From positions 164,858,001 to 164,922,000 of the forward strand of contig OZ024742.1 in assembly GCA_964016885.1 (NCBI GenBank): 64,000 nucleotides of DNA. Reading direction: 5' to 3'. The stretch is from Eledone cirrhosa (taxonomy: Eukaryota). Below the pieces are notes generated by a model that was not told the DNA's origin, ran no database searches, and saw only the letters and a list, made by a program, of their open reading frames with translations. Shown here piece after piece: positions 55,001 to 64,000 of the stretch. Numbering within the stretch: the first letter of the stretch is position 1; the number at the start of each line of letters is the position of its first letter. The translations under genes were made by a program, and so were the position numbers.

Positions 55001-58000
55001 TATCTGCCCTTGATTTTGTTTTTACAAATTATCTCCCCCTGATTTTTTTTACAAATTATCTCCACCTGATTTTTAAAAAAATTATCTCCCCTTGGACGGC
55101 TGGAAATTATCTCCCCTTGATTTTTTTACAAATTATCTCCCCCTGATTTTTTTTACAAATTATCTCCCCCTGATTTTATGTTACAAATTATCTCCCCCTG
55201 ATTTTTTTACAAATTATCTCCCCCTGATTTTTTTTACAAATTATCTCCGCCTGATTTTTTTAAATATTATCTTCCCTTGGCTGGCGGGAAATTATCTCCC
55301 CTTGGACGGCTGGAAATTATCTCCCCTTGATTTTTTTTACAAATTATCTCCCCCTGATTTTTTTTTACAAATTATCTCCCCCTGATTTTTTTTTACAAAT
55401 TATCTCCCCCTGATTTTTTTTTACAAATCTCCCCCTGATTTTTTTATAAATTATCTCCCCTTGGCTGGCTGGAAATTATCTCCCCTTGGAGGCTGGAATT
55501 TATCTCCCCTTGGACGGCTAGAAATTACCTCTCCTTGGATGGCTGGAAAATATGTCTCCTTGGACGGCTGGATATTATCTACCCTTGGACGGCTGGAAAT
55601 TATCTCCCCTTGGACGGCTGGAAATTATCTCCCCTTGGACGGCTAGATATTACCTCCCATTGGACGGCTGGAAATTATCTCCCCTTGATTTTTTTTACAA
55701 ACTATCTCCCCCTGATTTTTTTTTACGAATTATCTCCCCCTGATTTTTTTTTACAAATTATCTCCGCCTGATTTTTTTTTTAAAATTATCTCCCCTTGAA
55801 CGGCTGGAAATTATCTCCCCTTGGACGGCTGGAAATTATCTCCCCTTGGACGGCTAGAAATTACCTCTCCTTGGACGGCTGAAAATTATCTCCCCTTGGA
55901 CGGCTGCAAATTATCTCCCCTTGATTTTTTTAACAAATTATCTCCCCCTGATTTTTTTTTACAAATTATCTCCCCCTGATTTTTTTTTACAAATTATCTA
56001 CGCCTAATTTTTTTTACAAATTATCTCCCCCTGATTTTTTTTTACAAATTATCTCCCCCTGATTTTTTTTACAAATTATCTCCCCCTGATTTTTTTTACA
56101 AATTATCTCCCCCTGATTTTTTTACAAATTATCTCCCCCCTGATTTTTTTTACAATCTCCGCCTGATTTTTTTAAAAATTATCTTCCCTTGGCTGGCGGG
56201 AAATTATCTCCCCTTGGACGGCTGGAAATTATATCCCCTTGGAAGGATGGAAATTATCTCCCCTTGGACGGCTGGAAATTATCTCCCCTTGGACGGCTGG
56301 AAATTACCTCCCCTTGGACAGCTGGAAATTATCTGCCCTTGATTTTGTTTTTACAAATTATCTCCCCCTGATTTTTTTTACAAATTATCTCCACCTGATT
56401 TTTTAAAAAATTATCTCCCCTTGGACGGCTGGAAATTATCTCCCCTTGGACGGCTGGAAATTATCTCCCCTTGATTTTTTTTACAAATTATCTCCCCCTG
56501 ATTTTTTTTTACAAATTATCTCCCCCTGATTTTTTTTTACAAATTATCTACCCCTGATTTTTTTTTACAAATTATCTCCCCCTGATTTTTTTTACAAATT
56601 ATCTCTCCCTGATTTTTTTTTACAAATTATCTCCCCCTGATTTTTTTTTACAAATTATCTACCCCTGATTTTTTTTTACAAATTATCTCCCCCTGATTTT
56701 TTTTACAAATTATCTCCCCCTGATTTTTTTTACAAATTATCTCCCCCTGATTTTTTTACAAATTATCTCCCCCCGATTTTTTTTACAAATTATCTCCGCC
56801 TAATTTTTTTAAATATTATCTTCCCTTGGCTGGAGGGAAATTATCTCCCCTTGGACGGCTGAAAATTATCTCCCCTTGGACGGCTGGAAATTATCTCCCC
56901 TTGATTTTTTTACAAATTATCTCCCCCTGATTATTTTTTACAAATTATCTCCCCCTGATTTTTTTTTACAAATTATCTCCCTCTGATTTTTTTTACAAAT
57001 TATCTCCCCTTGGCTGGCTGGAAATTATCTCCCCTTGGAGGCTGGAATTTATCTCCACTTGGACGGTTAGAAATTACCTCTCCTTGGACTGCTGGAAAAT
57101 ATGTCTCCTTGGACGGCTGGAAATTATCTCCCCTTGGACGGCTGGAAATTATCTCCCCTTGGACGGCTGGAAATTATCTCTCCTCGGACGACTAGAAATT
57201 ACCTCTCCTTGGACAGCTGAAAATTATCTCCCCTTGGACGGCTGGAAATTATCTCCCCTTGGACAGCTGGAAATTATCTCCCCTTGGACGGCTAGATATT
57301 ACCTCCCCTTGGACGGCTGGAAATTATCTCCCCTTGATTTTTTTTACAAATTATCTCCCCCTGATTTTTTTTTACAAATTATCTCCCCCTGATTTTTTTT
57401 TACGAATTATCTCCCCCCGATTTTTTTTTACAAATTACCTCCGCCTGATTTTTTTTTAAAAATTATCTCCCCTTGAACGGCTGGAAATTATCTCCCCTTG
57501 GACGGCTGGAAATTATCTCCCCTTGGACGGCTAGAAATTACCTCTCCTTGGACGGCTGAAAATTATCTCCCCTTGGACGGCTGCAAATTATCTCCCCTTG
57601 ATTTTTTAACAAATTATCTCCCCCTGATTTTTTTTTACAAATTATCTCCCCCTGATTTTTTTTTACAAATTATCTCCCCCTGATTTTTTTTTACAAATTA
57701 TCTCCCCCTGATTTTTTTTACAAATTATCTCCCCCTGATTTTCTTTACAATCTCCGCCTGATTTTTTAAAAAATTATCTTCCCTTGGCTGGCGGGAAATT
57801 ATCTCCCCTTGGACGGCTGGAAATTATCTCCCCTTGGACGGCTGGAAATTATCTCCCCTTGGACAGCTGGAAATTATCTGCCCTTGATTTTGTTTTTACA
57901 AATTATCTCCCCCTGATTTTTTTTACAAATTATCTCCACCTGATTTTTTAAAAAATTATCTCCCCTTGGACGGCTGGAAATTATCTCCCCTTGATTTTTT

Positions 58001-61000
58001 TACAAATTATCTCCCCCTGATTTTTTTTACAAATTATCTCCCCCTGATTTTATGTTACAAATTATCTCCCCCTGATTTTTTTACAAATTATCTCCCCCTG
58101 ATTTTTTTTACAAATTATCTCCGCCTGATTTTTTTAAATATTATCTTCCCTTGGCTGGCGGGAAATTATCTCCCCTTGGACGGCTGGAAATTATCTCCCC
58201 TTGATTTTTTTTACAAATTATCTCCCCCTGATTTTTTTTTACAAATTATCTCCCCCTGATTTTTTTTTACAAATTATCTCCCCCTGATTTTTTTTTACAA
58301 ATTATCTCCCCCTGATTTTTTTTTACAAATCTCCCCCTGATTTTTTTATAAATTATCTCCCCTTGGCTGGCTGGAAATTATCTCCCCTTGGAGGCTGGAA
58401 TTTATCTCCCCTTGGACGGCTAGAAATTACCTCTCCTTGGATGGCTGGAAAATATGTCTCCTTGGACGGCTGGATATTATCTACCCTTGGACGGCTGGAA
58501 ATTATCTCCCCTTGGACGGCTGGAAATTATCTCCCCTTGGACGGCTAGATATTACCTCCCATTGGACGGCTGGAAATTATCTCCCCTTGATTTTTTTTAC
58601 AAATTATCTCCCCCTGATTTTTTTTTACGAATTATCTCCCCCTGATTTTTTTTTACAAATTATCTCCGCCTGATTTTTTTTTAAAATTATCTCCCCTTGA
58701 ACGGCTGGAAATTATCTCCCCTTGGACGGCTGGAAATTATCTCCCCTTGGACGGCTAGAAATTACCTCTCCTTGGACGGCTGAAAATTATCTCCCCTTGG
58801 ACGGCTGCAAATTATCTCCCCTTGATTTTTTTAACAAATTATCTCCCCCTGATTTTTTTTTACAAATTATCTCCCCCTGATTTTTTTTTACAAATTATCT
58901 ACGCCTAATTTTTTTTACAAATTATCTCCCCCTGATTTTTTTTTACAAATTATCTCCCCCTGATTTTTTTTACAAATTATCTCCCCCTGATTTTTTTTAC
59001 AAATTATCTCCCCCTGATTTTTTTACAAATTATCTCCCCCCTGATTTTTTTTACAATCTCCGCCTGATTTTTTTAAAAATTATCTTCCCTTGGCTGGCGG
59101 GAAATTATCTCCCCTTGGACGGCTGGAAATTATATCCCCTTGGAAGGATGGAAATTATCTCCCCTTGGACGGCTGGAAATTATCTCCCCTTGGACGGCTG
59201 GAAATTACCTCCCCTTGGACAGCTGGAAATTATCTGCCCTTGATTTTGTTTTTACAAATTATCTCCCCCTGATTTTTTTTACAAATTATCTCCACCTGAT
59301 TTTTTAAAAAATTATCTCCCCTTGGACGGCTGGAAATTATCTCCCCTTGATTTTTTTTACAAATTATCTCCCCCTGATTTTTTTTTACAAATTATCTCCC
59401 CCTGATTTTTTTTACAAATTATCTCCCCCTGATTTTTTTTTACAAATTATTTCCCCCTGATTTTTTTACAAATTATCTCCCCCCTGATTTTTTTTACAAT
59501 CTCCGCCTGATTTTTTTAAAAATTATCTTCCCTTGGCTGGCGGGAAATTATCTCCCCTTGGACGGCTGGAAATTATATCCCCTTGGAAGGATGGAAATTA
59601 TCTCCCCTTGGACGGCTGGAAATTATCTCCCCTTGGACGGCTGGAAATTATCTCCCCTTGGACAGCTGGAAATTATCTGCCCTTGATTTTGTTTTTACAA
59701 ATTATCTCCCCCTGATTTTTTTTACAAATTATCTCCACCTGATTTTTTAAAAAATTATCTCCCCTTGGACGGCTGGAAATTATCTCCCCTTGATTTTTTT
59801 TACAAATTATCTCCCCCTGATTTTTTTTTACAAATTATCTCCCCCTGATTTTTTTTTACAAATTATCTCCCCCTGATTTTTTTTTACAAATTATCTCACC
59901 CTGATTTTTTTTTTAAAATTATCTCCCCTTGAACGGCTGGAAATTATCTCCCCTTGGACGGCTGGAAATTATCTCCCCTTGGACGGCTAGAAATTACCTC
60001 TCCTTGGACGGCTGAAAATTATCTCCCCTTGGACGGCTGCAAATTATCTCCCCTTGATTTTTTTAACAAATTATCTCCCCCTGATTTTTTTTTACAAATT
60101 ATCTCCCCCTGATTTTTTTTTACAAATTATCTACGCCTAATTTTTTTTACAAATTATCTCCCCCTGATTTTTTTTTACAAATTATCTCCCCCTGATTTTT
60201 TTTACAAATTATCTCCCCCTGATTTTTTTTACAAATTATCTCCCCCTGATTTTTTTACAAATTATCTCCCCCCTGATTTTTTTTACAATCTCCGCCTGAT
60301 TTTTTTAAAAATTATCTTCCCTTGGCTGGCGGGAAATTATCTCCCCTTGGACGGCTGGAAATTATATCCCCTTGGAAGGATGGAAATTATCTCCCCTTGG
60401 ACGGCTGGAAATTATCTCCCCTTGGACGGCTGGAAATTACCTCCCCTTGGACAGCTGGAAATTATCTGCCCTTGATTTTGTTTTTACAAATTATCTCCCC
60501 CTGATTTTTTTTACAAATTATCTCCACCTGATTTTTTAAAAAATTATCTCCCCTTGGACGGCTGGAAATTATCTCCCCTTGGACGGCTGGAAATTATCTC
60601 CCCTTGATTTTTTTTACAAATTATCTCCCCCTGATTTTTTTTTACAAATTATCTCCCCCTGATTTTTTTTTACAAATTATTTCCCCCTGATTTTTTTACA
60701 AATTATCTCCCCCCTGATTTTTTTTACAATCTCCGCCTGATTTTTTTAAAAATTATCTTCCCTTGGCTGGCGGGAAATTATCTCCCCTTGGACGGCTGGA
60801 AATTATATCCCCTTGGAAGGATGGAAATTATCTCCCCTTGGACGGCTGGAAATTATCTCCCCTTGGACGGCTGGAAATTATCTCCCCTTGGACAGCTGGA
60901 AATTATCTGCCCTTGATTTTGTTTTTACAAATTATCTCCCCCTGATTTTTTTTACAAATTATCTCCACCTGATTTTTTAAAAAATTATCTCCCCTTGGAC

Positions 61001-64000
61001 GGCTGGAAATTATCTCCCCTTGATTTTTTTTACAAATTATCTTCCCCTGATTTTTTTTTACAAATTATCTCCCCCTGATTTTTTTTTACAAATTATCTCC
61101 CCCTGATTTTTTTTTACAAATTATCTCACCCTGATTTTTTTTACAAATTATCTCTCCCTGATTTTTTTACAAATTATCTCCCCTTGGCTGGCTGGAAATT
61201 ATCTCCCCTTGGAGGCTGGAATTTATCTCCCCTTGGACGGCTAGAAATTACCTCTCCTTGGACGGCTGGAAAATATGTCTCCTTGGACGGCTGGATATTA
61301 TCTACCCTTGGACGGCTGGAAATTATCTCCCCTTGGACGGCTGGAAATTATCTCCTCTTGGACGGCTAGATATTACCTCCCCTTGGACGGCTGGAAATTA
61401 TCTCCCCTTGATTTTTTTACAAATTATCTCCCCCTGATTTTTTTACAAATTATCTCCCCCTGATTTTTTTTACAAATTATCTCCGCCTAATTTTTTTAAA
61501 TATTATCTTCCCTTGGCTGGCGGGAAATTATCTCCCCTTGGACGGCTGAAAATTATCTCCCCTTGGACGGCTGGAAATTATCTCCCCTTGATTTTTTTTA
61601 CAAATTATCTCCCCCTGATTTTTTTTTACAAATTATCTCCCCCTGATTTTTTTTACAAATTATCTCCCCCTGATTTTTTTACAAATTATCTCCCCTTGGC
61701 TGGCTGGAAATTATCTCCCCTTGGAGGCTGGAATTTATCTCCCCTTGGACGGCTAGAAATTACCTCTCCTTGGAAGGCTGGAAAATATGTCCTTGGACGG
61801 CTGGATATTATCTACCCTTGGACGGCTGGAAATTATCTCCCCTTGGACGGCTGGAAATTATCTCCCCTTGGACGGCTAGATATTACCTCCCCTTGGACGG
61901 CTGAAAATTATCTCCCCTTGGACGGCTGGAAATTATCTCCCCTTGATTTTTTTTACAAATTATCTCCCCCTGATTATTTTTTACAAATTATCCCCTGATT
62001 TTTTTTTTACAAATTATCTCCCCCTGATTTTTTTTACAAATTATCTCCCCCTGATTTTTTTACAAATTATCTCCCCTTGGCTGGCTGGAAATTATCTCCC
62101 ATTGGAGGCTGGAATTTATCTCCCCTTGGACGGTTAGAAATTACCTCCCCTTGGACGGCTGGAAAATATGTCTCCTTGGACGGCTGGAAATTATCGCCCC
62201 TTGGACGGCTGGAAATTATCTCCCCTTGGACGGCTGGAAATTATCTCTCATCGGACGGCTAGAAATTACCTCTCCTTGGACAGCTGAAAATTATCTCCCC
62301 TTGGACGGCTGGAAATTATCTCCCCTTGATTTTTTTTACAAATTATCTCCCCCTGATTTTTTTTTACAAATTATCTCCCCCTGATTTTTTTTTACAAATT
62401 ATCTCCCCCTGATATTTTTTACAAATTATCTCCCCCTGATTTTTTTACAAATTATCTCCCCTTGGCTGGCTGGAAATTATCTCCCCTTGGAGGCTGGAAT
62501 TTATCTCCCCTTGGACGGCTAGAAATTACCTCGCCTTGGACGGCTGGAAAATATGTCTCCTTGGACGGCTGGAAATTATCTCCCCTTGGACGGCTGGAAA
62601 TTATCTCCCCTTGGACAGCTGGAAATTATCTCCCCTTGGACGGCTAGATATTACCTCCCCTTGGACGGCTGGAAATTATCTCCCCTTGATTTTTTTTACA
62701 AATTATCTCCCCCTGATTTTTTTTTACAAATTATCTCCCCCTGATTTTTTTTTACGAATTATCTCCCCCCGATTTTTTTTTACAAATTATCTCCCCTTGA
62801 ACGGCTGGAAATTATCTCCCCTTGGACGGCTGGAAATTATCTCCCCTTGGACGGCTAGAAATTACCTCTCCTTGGACGGCTGAAAATTATCTCCCCTTGG
62901 ACGGCTGCAAATTATCTCCCCTTGATTTTTTAACAAATTATCTCCCCCTGATTTTTTTTTACAAATTATCTCCCCCTGATTTTTTTTTACAAATTATCTC
63001 CCCCTGATTTTTTTACAAATTATCTCCCCCTGATTTTTTTTACAATCTCCGCCTGATTTTTTAAAAAATTATCTTCCCTTGGCTGGCGGGAAATTATCTC
63101 CCCTTGGACGGCTGGAAATTATCTCCCCTTGGACGGCTGGAAATTATCTCCCCTTGGACAGCTGGAAATTATCTGCCCTTGATTTTGTTTTTACAAATTA
63201 TCTCCCCCTGATTTTTTTTACAAATTATCTCCACCTGATTTTTAAAAAAATTATCTCCCCTTGGACGGCTGGAAATTATCTCCCCTTGATTTTTTTACAA
63301 ATTATCTCCCCCTGATTTTTTTTACAAATTATCTCCCCCTGATTTTATGTTACAAATTATCTCCCCCTGATTTTTTTACAAATTATCTCCCCCTGATTTT
63401 TTTTACAAATTATCTCCGCCTGATTTTTTTAAATATTATCTTCCCTTGGCTGGCGGGAAATTATCTCCCCTTGGACGGCTGGAAATTATCTCCCCTTGAT
63501 TTTTTTTACAAATTATCTCCCCCTGATTTTTTTTTACAAATTATCTCCCCCTGATTTTTTTTTACAAATTATCTCCCCCTGATTTTTTTTTACAAATCTC
63601 CCCCTGATTTTTTTATAAATTATCTCCCCTTGGCTGGCTGGAAATTATCTCCCCTTGGAGGCTGGAATTTATCTCCCCTTGGACGGCTAGAAATTACCTC
63701 TCCTTGGATGGCTGGAAAATATGTCTCCTTGGACGGCTGGATATTATCTACCCTTGGACGGCTGGAAATTATCTCCCCTTGGACGGCTGGAAATTATCTC
63801 CCCTTGGACGGCTAGATATTACCTCCCATTGGACGGCTGGAAATTATCTCCCCTTGATTTTTTTTACAAACTATCTCCCCCTGATTTTTTTTTACGAATT
63901 ATCTCCCCCTGATTTTTTTTTACAAATTATCTCCGCCTGATTTTTTTTTTAAAATTATCTCCCCTTGAACGGCTGGAAATTATCTCCCCTTGGACGGCTG
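49052..64000 (+). repeat. 8169-bp tandem duplication (49052-57220, then 57221 to past the window end)
   Basis: Constant offset 8169 for all pseudo-ORF pairs from 49329/57498 to 55552/63721. Private variants coincide (52874/61043 C>T; 55702/63871 T>C). Confidence 0.94.
50500..52973 (+). repeat. ~1.23-kb tandem duplication nested in the 8169-bp unit (copied again at ~58670-61140)
   Basis: TTGAACGG at 50528/51760; pseudo-ORFs 50921/52153 and 51364/52594 (offset 1230-1232). Confidence 0.85.

Larger units (their letters stand above)
1..64000 (+). repeat. Composite tandem satellite array of two monomers (A: AAATTATCTCCCCTTGGACGGCTGG, 25 bp; B: AAATTATCTCCCCCTGA(T)7-10AC, 26-29 bp), extending past both window edges
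   Basis: Every line is made of the core AAATTATCTCCCC[C/T]TG followed by GACGGCTGG or a poly-T/AC tail, or minor variants. No unique insert or inverted segment was seen. Confidence 0.99.

Noticed and set aside
126-63940. Hundreds of short + strand ORFs encoding LDGWKLSPLGRLEIISPWTAGNYLP / FFTNYLPLI / YKLSPPDFF repeats
   Set aside because: Monomer A has no stop in any + frame, so three 25-bp units give a 25-aa cycle in all frames. ORFs overlap in several frames, mostly start at TTG, and are broken by T-run length changes. The minus strand has TAA in every core. There is no coding signal.
1-64000. CRISPR-like repeat/spacer appearance
   Set aside because: The core is 16 bp and the tails are only 9-13 bp, of just two recurring kinds rather than unique spacers. 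No leader or cas genes are present.
1-64000. Telomerase-type telomeric array (25-bp unit, C-rich strand)
   Set aside because: Position-specific variants and kb-scale HORs indicate recombinational amplification rather than templated synthesis, and it matches no telomere repeat I recognise. A subtelomeric location is not excluded.

Overview
The whole 64-kb window is one uninterrupted, single-orientation tandem satellite array, most likely eukaryotic heterochromatin. I see no genes, RNA genes, transposons or unique sequence. It is a composite of two short monomers sharing a 16-bp core AAATTATCTCCCC(C/T)TG. Monomer A is core+GACGGCTGG (25 bp, 52% GC) and monomer B is core+A(T)7-10AC (26-29 bp, ~30% GC). 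Runs of A (1 to ~11 units) alternate with runs of B (usually ~2-12 units). A few stereotyped A-block types with fixed internal variant order are shuffled into nested higher-order repeats (~0.41, 0.8, 1.2, 1.6, 3.4, 4.2, 4.5, 8.2 and ~10.4 kb offsets). All listed ORFs are translation artefacts of the repeat. I cannot support a new protein-coding system; what is notable is the array's two-state block grammar, its junction rules and its readable expansion history. Offsets were derived by hand from the ORF track and diagnostic variants, so boundaries are approximate.
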